Shown one piece after another: positions 1 through 13,600 of a stretch of DNA of 64,000 nt; within the stretch, counting starts at the first letter, position 1; every line of letters begins with the position of its first letter. The notes below the pieces were generated by a model, which ran no database searches, was not told the origin of the DNA, and saw nothing but the letters and a program-made list of their open reading frames with translations. This DNA is from Tubiluchus corallicola (Eukaryota > Animalia > Priapulida). A program made the position numbers and the translations under genes. Location of the stretch: NCBI GenBank assembly GCA_030141605.1, contig JAQGDQ010000165.1:62001-126000 (forward strand). Reading direction: 5' to 3'.

Positions 1-113
1 ATCTACTGTATAGGCACTCTACATGCCACGATCTCTTTCCGCCATCTGCTGGTAAATTTAGAAAACAAAAGTTGGGTTTAAATTGAAGTTGTTCAAAGGA
101 ATAACTTCTGGTT

Positions 114-500
114 CATTAAAGGAGAACCAAACGATTTTTCGTCTTAGCTCTATTTTGAAGTACGCTAAAAAGTATATATTTTAATACTTACATTAAAACC
201 AAAGTGTTTCTGTTAATTAAATATTAGCTTAAAAATTTAATTAACAGCCAGCAAATGTAGCAAACTTGACGTCAGAAATAAAGATATTCGTTGCAAGCGT
301 TGCAAAGTGTTTGGAATTGCGAAAGTGAAAATTGAAATACAATGTTACTGTAAAACATTTACTATAATACACAAAAACTTGGCAAATTTATGTTTAAAAA
401 CAAAGGTTATCACTGTGTCACTGTGCTATTTCACAAGTGTGTGAGACGTCAGAAACGAACTGTGAGGTACAGCACCTATTTTTTGTGCAACACTGTTCTG
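114..500. mobile_element. Diverged partial copy of Kolobok-like family C
   Basis: Starts ttaaAGGAGAACC and shares internal blocks (aaattgaaatac...actg, gaggtacagcacct) with 57388-57960; right end not found. Confidence 0.45.
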
Positions 501-2833
501 AGATGTAGGAACTGTGAAAAGGCTGATTGGTAAGTTATCATTGTAACAAAAATATGCAAGACTTCTCGTTGATTTTATATTCTTAGTGCACTGCAGCATA
601 TATACAACAATTTCTTATTTAAACAAGTCAACAATTTTTAAATACATATTTCTACATCAACTGCTTACTCCCACTTAAAAAGCACGTGACAAGTATTCTA
701 CAGTATAAAATTTCATAAATAATAAAACTGTTAGTTTGGATACACTTATTTTATGCCACAATTTAAATAGAAATTTTGTACAAAAATTTTGAAATAAATC
801 ATATTCAGTTTAGGTTTAAATAAAACCAAGAATACAATGTTACAGAAAAATCTATTGAGGTACACACAGTGGCTTCTTTTGTTGTTATAAAAACCATAGT
901 CATGCAAAATTGCCTAAAGACACTAATAGCTCCTATTACTTTTGCAGTCAATAATTTAGCAATAGCAAAAAACGTCCACTTACAACTGACAAATACTAAA
1001 AGCCATATTTGGTACACTTTACTTTGAACTCTTGCAAAAAATAATTATACCTTACATCTTATATCAAAAAATATTCGTAGATAATCTAAAGAGAAACATA
1101 TTGACATACAGAAAGCGCGGGGAAAATTTGCCAAAAAATTCAAATGACCTTATGGTCTTAAATCAAACAAAAAAGTGGATTATAATGAATTACTATCAGC
1201 CTAGGCCAGGAATCAAGAAGCTTAACTGTATTTTAGTTGTTAATGCTTATGGTCCTGAAGGAGCTAAACATGATATCCAAATGGAAATAATTTTACCATT
1301 CCAAGTGGATTGTTTATTCATTTGCCTGTATTTTACAACCAGTACTAATATTTTATAATTTTGTATTTTTGGCTTTCTTCTTTTAATGTCTGATGGGATA
1401 AGTAGCTTAAAAGTATGTGCACAGAGATTTCCAAATCAACTTTCTGGCTCGGTAAGTATAAAGTTTGAATTATGTCCTAAATATTTGTAAAAATTTGTAC
1501 CTAAATTTAAATTTTGACTCTAGAATTTATTAGTTTAATACGTCCTTTTGCTGTTCATATCTGAGCATTTTCAGTCACTTGTTTTAGTTTAGTTTATTTA
1601 TTTCCAAAATGCTGTTATATAATGCATTGTTACAGAAATTACAATACAGGCTATTGCTGCTAGAAACAAAATAAAAATTAAAGTGTCACCAGATATTGAG
1701 ATAATTTTATTGGCTCAGGCCAAAAAGATAAACTTGTAGAGGCTTAAACAGAAGGCAAAATGTAAAGACAAGAAGTAGAATGTGCGAAATAAAATAAACA
1801 AGGAGAATGAAGTATCAGGTTGATAATGAGGGTAAGAAATTGACAATGAAAAGTGAATGAGATGATGATGAAAATGAAGATTATTAGATTCACATGAGAA
1901 TCCAAAATAAAGCAGATCAATCAGCTGAGATTAATCAATGACTGCAGAAATTAGTACAGAGTTATGCCAGGAGTGTACTTTCTATGCTCTTTGGTTAATA
2001 TTTCTTAATCCTCTTCATTCTTGTACGACATGTGACTAATAAAGACTATCTTACATTATATCAAAATGTGTTCATTCAAAGTATCTTACATTATATTAGA
2101 ATGTGTTCAAAGTGCACAGTTTAAAACACAGGGGCTACCTTGCATTATCTTGCTATATAAACTTTTTTCAAAACAATCTGATGTACAGTAAACTATATAT
2201 AACTCGAATTCTTGAGTATCTCGAACAGACCTCGTGAACAGACTTTCCCTTTCATTTTTCTCTTCAACAAACATCGTGTAACTCGAATTACTGCATAACA
2301 CTGAATTCCCGGTAGAATTCTTAAGAATCTGATTCAAATTACCCGCCTATCTGGAACAGCCTCTGAAGCAAGAAGTCCTACATGAAAGTGTGCACCACAT
2401 TATGATTTTAACTGCTAGTTTTAGCAAAAATGCTAAGATTTCTTGTATTACCTTAGCAGAACGATGCACACAACATGGTTTAATAACTAGATATGTGGTG
2501 TGGCGCTCACCTGGTCTAGCTAGAGGTATGACTTGGAGTCAAAACAAGATTTAGGAAACGAGCCCAAACTTAGGCAACTATTCTGCCTACATTTTGCACA
2601 TTTTGTGAAAGATGGCAAACTAGCCGAATATCACTTCACTGCTTCAGTTTAAGATTAAACACCTGATTGGTAAAAATTTAGCACGTTAACCTCAAATAAA
2701 CAAGACAATTCAGACTGTACTAATTACTCCTAATCACTTGTGAATGACTTATAGGTGCCTGCTAGACAAAAGACCTGTAATTAACATTAATCATTACATT
2801 TGAAATACACTGAAGTTACACGTGTGATTACTG

Positions 2834-5800
2834 TTAGCTTCGAGGAAAACTGAATCCTTTTGAACCATCGGGGGAGTGAGGTTCCCGAATTGTGTCTACA
2901 GGACTCTGCGGAGGCTGTGCTATAGTTACTGATCTGAAAATGTAGAAAATGCAGGATTAGAATGTAATATAATTATCTGCTTAATTATTAGTTCATAACA
3001 TATTTATTTATATATCGGGTGGTACAGAAAAACTGCACCTGTTTCGGTTACAATAATATTAGAAGTAAGTACCCCAAGAGGTTGAATTTTCATGACTTTG
3101 TATCACAATCCATTAGCTTCTGGCTGTGGAAACTACAAGTTTAAGGCAGCACTGGTTCTTAAAAATTATGGCTGAAAAGCTTTTGCATGTTAAAAATTAA
3201 ATACTGGAACAATGTCAGCAATAATCGTCAACTGAAAAAGAAGTTGCGTTGATGTATAAAGGTACGACTCCATGTGTACATAATGCGTAATCTGTAATAG
3301 TGATGCATGTTCTGTATTCACTCACACGTGATCACCATCGTCGGAATACGGCGAAATACATATAACAGTGAGGAATAGTGGCGCGAACACAAAATTGGGT
3401 TTGTGTGGTAATAATTCTTTTACATAAGTTATACTTGAAAAAATAGCATATTTCCTTTCAATATTTTAAAGAGCAGATTGTTTTGACCTACACTTAAGAT
3501 TGGGTCCAGTTTTGCTTTAAGCTTTCCTGTCTGATACTTATGTAATTAGAAAAGAAAATTCTTAGTAATTTAAATATTTGTTCTACCTGATAAAATGTCA
3601 CCGACTCACCTTCCCATTGTGCACCACTGACTCACCAAAAAAAACACATTATTGATCTTATTGAGTAATTTTCATTTTTGCTTAGTTAGTGAAGTATACA
3701 CTAGGATTTCTACGTTTCTTGTGTAAAGTCTGAAAAAAATGTTAGCCAAACTTGTTTCAAACAACTTACTATTAAAATGACCGTACCTAACGGTCATCAC
3801 GGGAGTCAAAATTTACAAGTTTTATACAGCATTGCTGCTAACACCAGTTCTGTATACAATAAGGCTGTATGTAAGTGATAGAAAAGTTCAAGAGGAAGTT
3901 TCCTAGCTTAATTTAAGTAAAGGATTTTCTTGTTCTTTAAAGGCTGACGAGCAGAGCTCGCCCGAAATCAGTTTCAAGATGGAATATCCTCCTCCATCAT
4001 TTTTCTGCTACGGAAATTTTGAAACTCAGAATTATCCATAATAATTAATTATAATTAAGGCCGGAACTTAAATGAATCACAAATGAATTTCCTTGGTTAA
4101 TATCAGTACTGATTGTTTACTGAGGAATGATTTGCTTCACCAAAAATCTCAACAAATTGTTTGAATTTGATGTCGACTTTGAGCAATTTCCATAACAGTG
4201 AATTGTTTATGGCAACTTCGGAGTTATCTGGTGGACACACCTTATGAAGGCAGTAAAAATCTTCTTACTTATGGCCTGCAGCATCTTTTTTGTTAATAGA
4301 TACTCATAGCAGTTATTATAAAGGCCCATAAATGTGCAGTATTTTCAAAATTTGTAATACTGTTATGAACTGTACGAGTGAAACTCTGGTTACTTTTCTT
4401 GTAGTTTACTGTTACTCCTTAAAGGAAAACCGGACAATTGATTAGACTCGATTTGATTTTAATTTACTGTGCAAAATATACATTTTCTTGCCTATAAGAG
4501 TTAGCAATTGTTTCTAATATTTGAATAATTACCTTGGAAAGTTAATGGCAACCAAACACAGTTGTCGCTTACGTGACAAACTAACGACAGTTTGTGCAAT
4601 GGTAGGTATCTTTCTCAAGCACATTTACGTAAGCAAAGATTGCTATAAAACGCTGATGTGATGTCATCAAAATGAGCTCTATGTCACAGACGAACACTCC
4701 AGTCCACGATTATGCTTATCATGGTATTGTGCCTATTTGGCAAATGTGACAAAAAGGCACCTTTGCCAGTCTTAGTGAATTCGTTAAGCTGCCCGTAGCT
4801 TTGAAAGTTTAACAAAATTTAAATATCAGAGGTTACTATTATTTAATGTAAGCTTTGATTTAAAAAAAGCTATTGTAGTTTTCAATATTTTAGAACATAT
4901 TTTATTTTGAACTAATGTTTACACAATAGTCCGGTTTTCCTTTAAGAGTAGACTTGAAGCCAAAGTCTATCAGAGTGTTGTCGCTGGACAATTGAAATAT
5001 TCTGCATTAGCTGATTTCACATAAGTGCTACTGTACATTGTTACAGTGCAAACACCGCAGTTACTGGAAGCATTTTTTAAATCATTTTGCCAAAAGCAAT
5101 TTTTAATTTGTCCAAGATAAGCAAATGTGTTTCATATATACTTTACACGAAAGCACATTGTGTGAGGAGTACAAACCTACATAAAAATTGTCAAATATAA
5201 CATAATCGCTGCTTAGTAAGAGCAGGTTTTGATGAACATATGCAATATGCAAGCAAATTCTTACGGTCCCGAAAGAAGTTAATGACGTGGAAGTGAAAAA
5301 ATTTATATAAACAAAACAAAACTATTTACCTTACGGGCGCCTGGATTTCTGCTTCTCTGGAAGGTGCTCCCATGATCCGCAAACGTGCTTCTGCATACTC
5401 TGCCTCTCTCTGTTGCAGACTCTTCACCGGTTGTGTTCCCTTTTCGTCGGCATTGTCAGATAGTTTTGAAGCGCTAGACGGTCGCTTAAGAATCTTCAAC
5501 TGTGGCTGATACTGAGTTCGGAAAGTGTCTTCCGTTAGCAAGTGAGGCTCAGTACTGCAAAAAAAAACTAACATCAATTTTTTTATCCTTATCCCCCAGT
5601 TCATTGAAAACATAATAGTTGTCAGTGCTGGGAATGTGTGCACTTATGCATTACAGAAAGTCCTCGCTTAACAACTCCCCGCTTAGCATCATTTTGTTTT
5701 AACGACGCTGAACATTTGACACCTTTTTCTCACTTAACGACCCACTTTTTCCTTTAACAATGATTTTTTTACTTTGCTTAAAACCTATTTTTATTTTGTC

Positions 5801-8800
5801 AACAACTTTTTTACCTAATTCTAAGCATTAGAAATGGTTATATTGCATTATCCAGTTCTAAAAACGTACTACTAACATAAAGCACTACAATTATTATATG
5901 TTTTTGCTTCCTGACTGACTGCGCACTAAATGCTAGCTGTTTGTATCAAGCGAGATCTATTTATACGCCTCCAGATACCTGAGTTCCAACTTTATGCCAA
6001 GGAAATTTGTCTGTAACATGTCGCTATAGCAACCTGCTAGCACTATATTCATGAAACTATCCCAAGGTTGCTCCAAAGCTTGGCTTTCACTAGGCAGGGT
6101 TGAACCGCTAACTGCCCATATATAGAGCTTCAACATTAACAAGAAAGAACCCACCAGCAAGTCTATCTAAGTATTGGTAAAAAAGATAGGTGGTTTCAAG
6201 TAAACAGAAAGAAATTAATCGGTAGAAATATGAATAAAACTCACGAAACATTTAATTTATATAATTTAAGCAGTATCAATTTTTGCCTGTGGAACATCTC
6301 TCAATTCTTTTACATTATTTTCTATGGAAATCTTAGTTTCAAAATCGGAACAAACCTGTTACTCGTGTTTTGCGACTTAATACTGACATCATTCACTTCT
6401 TGTTCCTTTGTAGCGAGTTTCTCCAATTTTTTGTCAAAAGCCTGGAATGTTATCGGAGTCTTATTATAAATAATTTTGTTATAAATCATGTCAGTTAAGC
6501 AAAAAAGTTAAAAAGAAAATGTAGAAAATTAACTGTATACATGAAGCTTCTACATATTTAGAAAGCACAACAAGTTCTTATACATGAATGTGGTACCGGT
6601 AACTACCAAATTTCAATGTGCCAGGTTTGTGTGCCGAGTGGTGCAGAAAAATGGCTGATTCGTTAACCTCGTCAGTCTTTGTCATTTGATTTTTGCCATT
6701 ACGCATTTCTATTATTTCAGAAAATTTTATGTAATTACATCATAGATAAAACAATAAAGCCAAAATACACAAACTGGCCGACGTCGGCCATGTTAAAACG
6801 ATCGCCCAAATTAGACTACGTTAATTTCAAATCAAAGGTGATACACGGAATCTATCAAAGTGGCCGTGAAGACATTAGCCACCCTAAAATGGGAATGAGT
6901 TTTATTTTGCACGGCGTATCACGGCCGGCCAAGTGCTTAAGTGCTTTATCCAATCAGGGATCAGTATTCCAGCATTGGTTTTTGCTTTTCCCACAACTCG
7001 TACTGGGATGCGATATGCATAATTATACACACTGTATTAGACCAGTAGAAAAACAATCAGTTTAGTCATAGTACGGAGTGGTAAATGAATATATCAGTCT
7101 TAGTAGAGCAAGAATCAACTTTCAAGTTTATAGAACTGGCTAAACAAGCAACTTGTTTATGGGATTATACAGGTCCTGCATATAAAGCTTGCAATGCCAA
7201 AAGTCGTACTTGGGAGTACATTGCCAAAACAATGTGCATATCCAATTTTTTAATTTAACTGCAATATTTATGTATGTCACGCACTAGTGACACAAAATTG
7301 AGCTTAAAAAACAAGATAATTTCCTAAATAATTGATGATAGATCTAAATAATGTGAAGTCGGAGTCAGCAGTAAATTGACTGCTAAAAAAGTCGGAGTCG
7401 GCAGTAAATTTACTGCTAAAAAAGTCGGAGTTCTTCAAACTTGGGGTTTCGGAGTTGGGACTCGGGAGTACACTTATTGTTAGAGGAGTCGGTAAAAAAT
7501 AGACAAACTCAAACTCCAGTTACCTTAACTTTTAACGTATTTATGCATAGCGTCCCATTTTGGGATGCTTTTGTATTGGTGTCTATGCAGCTAGACTGTT
7601 TTTTGAGCATAAGGAGCAGTGATGGAATGCCACTGTAGCTAAATGTTGAGTATATTACAAACTTTTACTTAAAGGAATCAGAGTAGTAGTCTGAGGTTGG
7701 GTTCCTAAAATTCTAGGAGTCGGAGCCAGAGTCAGTAGTTTCATGTACCAACTCCACAGCCCTGGATAGATCTAATTTTCAACATTAAAATTTAACTCCA
7801 CAAGTACTAAAACTAAATGATGGAGAAATGTTTAGTTGTACAATCATCATTACTGTCACACTCTCTCTTACGCAAACGGCTGTTTATCAGCTCTTTCGAC
7901 ATCCGCTGAACGGTAACTGTCAGACGGCATTTGACGTACGACCATTTTTAGGCGACCGTGTATCACTAACTTAAAGGATTTAAAGGTCAGTGGGCATTCA
8001 ATGTGAAAGTTGTTGGAAAAAACAGGAATACAGGCCTGTCTAATAGATTGGTAGGCATTTATAAATATTTCATGATTACTCTTACTCGTATTTCTAGCAA
8101 TTAAAAATTTTTTATTTTTTAGAATTCTGTAAAACCTTAACAGAGATTATAAGTCATGTAATAGTTGCCAGTTTATCAAGACTGCAAATCTATTGGAATT
8201 GGTCATCAATAATGTTTATCAATCGATTTATTGATGTTTTTTGCAAGGCCAATACAACCACTTTTCTTTACAATGATCAAACTTCAGACAGCCTCAAAAA
8301 CATTTGTAAAAAATTGAAAGCAAATCAGCAGCACAAGTTCATGGTAAAAAATAGTTTAACCCTTTCAAGAAGATTTGGAAAGAAAAGATAATGCATTAGT
8401 AAAATTTTCGTGTTTAATCAGATGACAAAGACGTTGCTATAAATTTCAGTTTTCCCAAAATCCACCACATTGCTGGATATGATGCATCTTTAAATCGTAG
8501 CTTTGAACTGGAAACATAAATTAGAACTAACTTTGCCTATTTTTTTGTGTCTAAGTTTTGTCAGCAGTGGTCATGTAGTCAGACAACGTTTACGGTAAGA
8601 TCGGTTTTCATCACGTCTGAAAAGAGGCAGTGTAACAGATGCCCACAAGTAGCTGTTGGTAGCAGGATTTATATATATAAACCAGTCTAAAACAACAACA
8701 CAAAACAAAAAGTTTACTATCGAATTTGTAGTAGCTGTGGCTGTGTAATAGGCCATCACAATGTTTAGTCACATAGGATAATTACACCCTTTTGCTGGGT

Positions 8801-9341
8801 TTAAATTGTTCAGCACCAGTTACCAGTCGTCACACGTTTTTTTCCAATACGTTATTGCCTGTTGAGGATGCTGACGTCAAAATTTTTACATTTAACATAT
8901 TTCTCTGAACATAGACTTGTTTACAGTTCCGATAAAAACGTATCCATAATCTACGACTTTATAATTATAATTTATAGCTGTGTGTTAAACTTAAGGTATT
9001 TACTGAGGACAATGCGAGTGTATCCCGTCAGACAAGTGGAAATGGAGAGACGGAGGGATTGCCAGAAAGGCAGAGGTAACTCAATGCAAATATATGATCC
9101 GCCTGAAATACGGTACAGGAACTATTGTTATACATCACCCACAGCCCTAACTGTCCCATCAAAACAAACTTTGCAAAAATAAGCCTTTTATCTTTATAAG
9201 CTATTACTTAGTTTAGAATACACTTAGCATTTTTTCATTTTACTAGAACATGCAGACCTATATTCGTACAAAAAATACCTCACTATCAGCTAAATCTTCC
9301 CAGTTATCAAAATCTTCATCGTCACTTATGTGAGAAGCCAT
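2834..9341 (-). CDS. SZRD1: SUZ RNA-binding domain-containing protein 1, 4 coding exons, 157 aa
   Basis: Exons on minus: 9341-9279 (MASHISDDEDFDNWEDLADSE), 6441-6356 (AFDKKLEKL...), 5554-5330 (TEDTFRTQYQPQLKILKRP...VKSLQQREAEYAEARLRIMG, SUZ domain), 2933-2834 (IREPHSPDGSKGFSFPRS*, SUZ-C motif). All introns GT-AG, phases 0/2/2 match, total 474 nt. Confidence 0.93.
3340..3520. mobile_element. Kolobok-like family C terminal fragment
   Basis: Ends ttaagattgggtccagttttgctttaa, nearly identical to the termini at 38388 and 47980. Confidence 0.7.
4419..4945. mobile_element. Non-autonomous Kolobok-like DNA transposon, family A
   Basis: ttaaAGGAAAACCGGAC ... GTCCGGTTTTCCTttaa (TIR plus TTAA TSD); homologous throughout to 17344-17898 and 63460-64000. 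Confidence 0.85.
5654..5800. mobile_element. Partial TA-flanked MITE, family B (pogo/Tc1-like TIR)
   Basis: taCAGAAAGTCCTCGCTTAAC matches the termini at 15682 and 17330/17953. Confidence 0.55.
7355..7765. mobile_element. GGAGTC-repeat-bearing non-autonomous element fragment
   Basis: Repeated gtcggagtc units, a 31-bp tandem duplication at 7358-7430 and the terminus actccacagccctgg. Confidence 0.45.
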
Positions 9342-9408
9342 TTTAGAAACGTGTGCTGCCACATCGCGATAGTTTCTGTAAACGTTATGCAGAGGACAAA
9401 ATCGGAAA
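9342..9408. promoter_or_regulatory. 67-bp interval between divergent SZRD1 and TTC36 start codons; probable bidirectional promoter or overlapping 5' UTRs
   Basis: SZRD1 ATG at 9341-9339 (minus) and TTC36 ATG at 9409-9411 (plus); the interval is CpG-richer than flanking DNA. Confidence 0.6.
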
Positions 9409-11301
9409 ATGTCGCGTCCTTCACTTTGTGCAAATGATCGCGCTGTCCTGAATAGTATATTCAACCCATTATTGCCAACCGGAGACGTGTTAGATGAAAA
9501 AGATATACCGGAAGAGTTAAAAGGTAAGAATTGGTAAAGAGTTAATTATAACTATTTGAGAAACAATTATTAGAAAATGAAGCCATTTCAGCTAATAAAC
9601 TAATAAGTAATATTAGTAATACTAATAGTAATACATAGACCTTGAACCAGTTAACAACAAACGAATTTATTTTTCAGAAGCAGAAGTTGAAACCGATGAA
9701 GTGTTAAAGGCCAGAGAGTTAGAGTTGGACGCTGTTAACAAAGCAGAAGCAGGAAAGTTTGAGGAAGCTTTAACATTATTCAATGAAGCCATTGAAGTAG
9801 CACCACAAAGGGCTTCCGGATATAATAACCGTGGCCAATTGTTACGGCTTAAAGGAGATATACATGGTAATACATTCAAAATCTATGAGATCATCAAAGT
9901 TTATAAAAATCATTAAATGAATATTATAGTAGCTGCACAGGGGTATACCTGCTATAGTTTAAAATTATCTTCCAATGTCATTAATTTTTTTCATGATGAT
10001 AATAACTAATACACCTAACTAATAAAACAGAACCCTAATAATAGTATAAGTTTTTTAATTCCAAAAATAAAGCTCTATTGTCAGTTAAGTTTTCTCTTGT
10101 ATGATTGGCTTAATTATTTTTTTTAAAATTTTGATGTGATAATTAATAAGAGGATCTAGGTGTAACTGAAATTCGTGATTACTAGTGATTAGCTTTTAAT
10201 TAAAAATATTGATGTGGAATATATTGATGGGACCCATAATGGGGGATGAAAATGCTGAGAAAATAGTGATATGTCTTTTTCATTATAATTTTTAAACCTT
10301 GGCCTGTCACATTTACAGGCCTGTCCACATGTCATAATTTTTATGGTGCTACGTTAGTTTTAATTATTAGTGTATTGTTATACATTTTGCCATTGTACAA
10401 GCTGGGACTCAGCACTAGGAGGGCTTTCTTAATGATTGATATAAGACCACAGTGTAGTCATTTATGGTTGACAAGGTTAATTCTTTGAGATGAGGCACTG
10501 AACTAGACGAGGTCTATAGTTGTCAGATATGTGTATGAATTACCTTTCAGCAGGAGAAGGAGCTATCAGTACGTATAAATGAAATTGCCCAGTAGCAGTA
10601 TATTCACTGCTCTCCCTATCCATTTGCTATGCAGCTCTAGTGCTTCCTTACTTGTGAAATCAAGCAAACACCGTTTGTGGAGCTGCCTTTCCTCCATAGT
10701 AATTAGGACTGAGCATCGAAAGTTCAAATTCGATTTGAACCTAGAATTATATTCAAAGCTTTAACTACATGCATTCTTTATCATGAAAACATTTGAGACA
10801 CTATTTTTAAATATATTATTAGTGTTTTTACTGCACAACAAAATCAGGTAATATGCATGATCTTTGTGAGACCACTTTTTGTTACTGATTAGAAATGCCG
10901 AAAAATTCAGTTTGATTCGAATTCGAAAGTCACAACTTTGATTCGATTCAAATTTTCTTTCTTGTAGACAGTGCTTTCCTCGGTAGTAATCCTTTTATAT
11001 TTTGTCATCATTTAATTCTTAATTGACAGGTGCAGTTAAGGATCTGGACAAAGCCATTGAACTGAGTGGTGGTAAAGGCAAGTCAGCATGTCAGGCGTAC
11101 ACACAGCGAGGACTTATTCATCGATTTGAAGGAAATGTTGATGCCGCCCGTCATGACTTCACACAAGCAGCAGAGCTTGGATCAGAGTTTGCAAAAAGCC
11201 AGTTAATACAGCTTAACCCGTATGCTGCTCTGTGCAACAAGATGCTTGCTCAAGCTTTTGGCAAATTACAAAGAGGAGAAAGAGACGAAGGAGAAAATTA
11301 G
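9409..11301 (+). CDS. TTC36: Tetratricopeptide repeat protein 36, 3 coding exons, 191 aa
   Basis: Exons 9409-9523 (MSRPSLCANDRAVLNSIFNP), 9678-9866 (ELELDAVNKAEAG...RASGYNNRGQLLRLKGD), 11030-11301 (DLDKAIELSGGKG...QRGLIHR...LNPYAALCNKML). GT-AG introns, both phase 1, total 576 nt. NDxAVLxxIFNP and LNPYAALCN are TTC36 hallmarks. Confidence 0.95.
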
Positions 11302-13020
11302 CGATGATTTTGATGCTTGTAATTTTTTATTTTACCACAGTTATATTAACTAATCTATGTGCTTAGATTTTATGTTAAAAACAGTGATAACACTTAATTA
11401 GTACTTGCCCTTCCTGTTACTTTTTCTAATTGTTTTTATTAACTTTTGTATTTTTTCTAGTGCTACATATGCTAATATTTTCAGAAGTATTTATTTTACT
11501 ATATTTTTATAAGACCATCATCACTTAGTTGAAAATTAGTGCCAAATTTGCATTTTAAATTTAAACTTGAAAAAACTAACGATGATGTTGTGCAACTGTT
11601 TCTATTATGGTTCAAGAAAATACCAGTATTCGGTTGTCAAAAATTATTGAACGTTTCTTTAATTTTACTACTATATTTACCATCATTGTTGACTGTTATT
11701 ATGTTGAAATACATTCGTGTAATCACTATAATGAATGCACTATGTAGATTTGCTCTGTACTATAAATATCATTGTCACAATTAATTCTGGTATGCACATC
11801 ACTGGATAACCTGACGTAGTCTGTTACCTGCATTGTAGCATGCCGAATATGCACAAAGCAGACCTGTTTTGAATTTGATGACAGTGAGTTGTGAAATATG
11901 AGTGCAGCTGCATTCCAGTGTAGCTAGGTTAAACAGAGACGTGATGTGCATCAAGTAGTCAAATAAGATCTTATGTCAGAAAACCATTAATGAGCTAAGC
12001 AGAAGAGGTGGCTTATTTGTAAAGACATTATGTATTTTATATTTCAGAAAACTGGCAGGAGGGGTGCCATTGAAATCTGGGATAGTTAGAGACAGAAGTT
12101 ACTATATACGTGAGGTTGCAGTGTCATGTCAACATGTGCATGATCGATTAATTTGTTCTACTAGAAAAACTAGATAATGATGATAATGTTGATGAAAATG
12201 TGATGTTTTTGTACATTTTTTGTAGTTGCCTGTTATAATACTGTGTTTTATATGAAAATGTTCGAGAGAAAAATGTTTCTTGAAAACAACAATGACTTCA
12301 CGCGCTGACAACACCATTCTCTGAGCGAATCTTCAAACTTTTGTTTAGGCCCGTGAAAGTGATGTTAAACATGACGTCACCGCTGCAGCTTCTGAGTGGG
12401 TGAGGACCTGGCACGTGATTAAACATCTTCGGCCAGGCCCAGAGGTGTGTCTTCTTTAGTAACGCTTGTAGCTTGACATTTTGCTCCATCTTACGGGTGC
12501 AAACACTAAGAAAACGTTATTCCCTTATTTTAAGAGAAGGATCAAAGAATTTGGATTGTAAAGATGTGTTACTCGCACAGGTCACAAAACTTAATGATTT
12601 GCAAACAATTCGTAAAGCATTAATCCGCCGAGTTAAACTCAGTTTTTATTCGACTATAATTTTCCAGAACCAGTATATGATAATATAGTATCTAAGGTAC
12701 AATCGCGGCGTTGTGTGCGAATAGAAATCAATTATTAATAGGGTTTTCTAAAATGACGAAGGTTTCGTGTCTTGCAGAATGGCGTTACAGAGGTAGCGGT
12801 GCTGCAAGCTTGCAACTGAATTATAAATGAAAATTTGCAGAATTAGATAAAACATGAATACGAATATAATCTTTATGAATGTATATAATGTTTCTTTAAA
12901 GTAGTAGGTCTACCAGGTAGTTTGCGTATGCTATTTAGTTTAAACAGTATTTTATAAACAAATTGTAATACTGTAACTATAACAGTATAAGCTACATGCA
13001 TTTACTTATGTTGTCTTCAG

Positions 13021-13600
13021 ACATAGACATAGACATTTTTATTTATCTCCTCATTTACACCATTATATACAGATTCACTATTATTTTTATAGTTATTGAT
13101 TAAAAAGGATAAATTAAACATAAAGGAAAGAGTTAGGGGGTGTAGGAGAAAGGGTAGCGAAAGACCAATTGGTCATCGAGTCAGCTACCCTTTAGGGATC
13201 GTTGTTATATCGTGTACAAAAACCTCATTAGCAGCATCCTCTCTGATCCCCAGGGATGAAGAAAGCGGTATTACTGCAACAGACTTTTGCCCTTCAGAAA
13301 GCGTTTAAGATTTCCGTTTTTAAGACGGTGGCTTAAATTAAAACACTGTTAGGGTTGGCACCGATAGTATGATAAAACGGCACAGGTAGTTCCAAACTGG
13401 CACTATTCTCAATGAAGCACAACCTTGGTGAATATTGAGTCTGGCACGTTCGTTGAAAAGTTTGAAGTTTCCTCCTCGTGTATGACTTATGTTTAACCCC
13501 TCCACGTGTATGCCATTTTTAGTTGTAAACCGGAGCAGTGGCAATGCCTTCCATTTCTATCTCCTTGCCGTGGATATGCTCAATCCTCTTCACCAAAATC
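13021..13600 (-). mobile_element. Degenerate 3' end of a CR1/L2-type LINE
   Basis: Minus frame HTRGGNFKLFNERARLNIHQGCASLRIVPVWNYL resembles the TRGHxxKL...RVVxxWNxL C-terminus of CR1/L2 ORF2; it is followed by a GC-rich stem-loop (13152-13190), AATAAA and a short (ATGTCT)n tail. Confidence 0.65.

Noticed and set aside
805-2337. Short ORFs downstream of SZRD1 and most other 60-130 aa ORFs in the track
   Set aside because: No recognisable motifs, many start at TTG or GTG, and they have AT-rich intronic, UTR or repeat composition.
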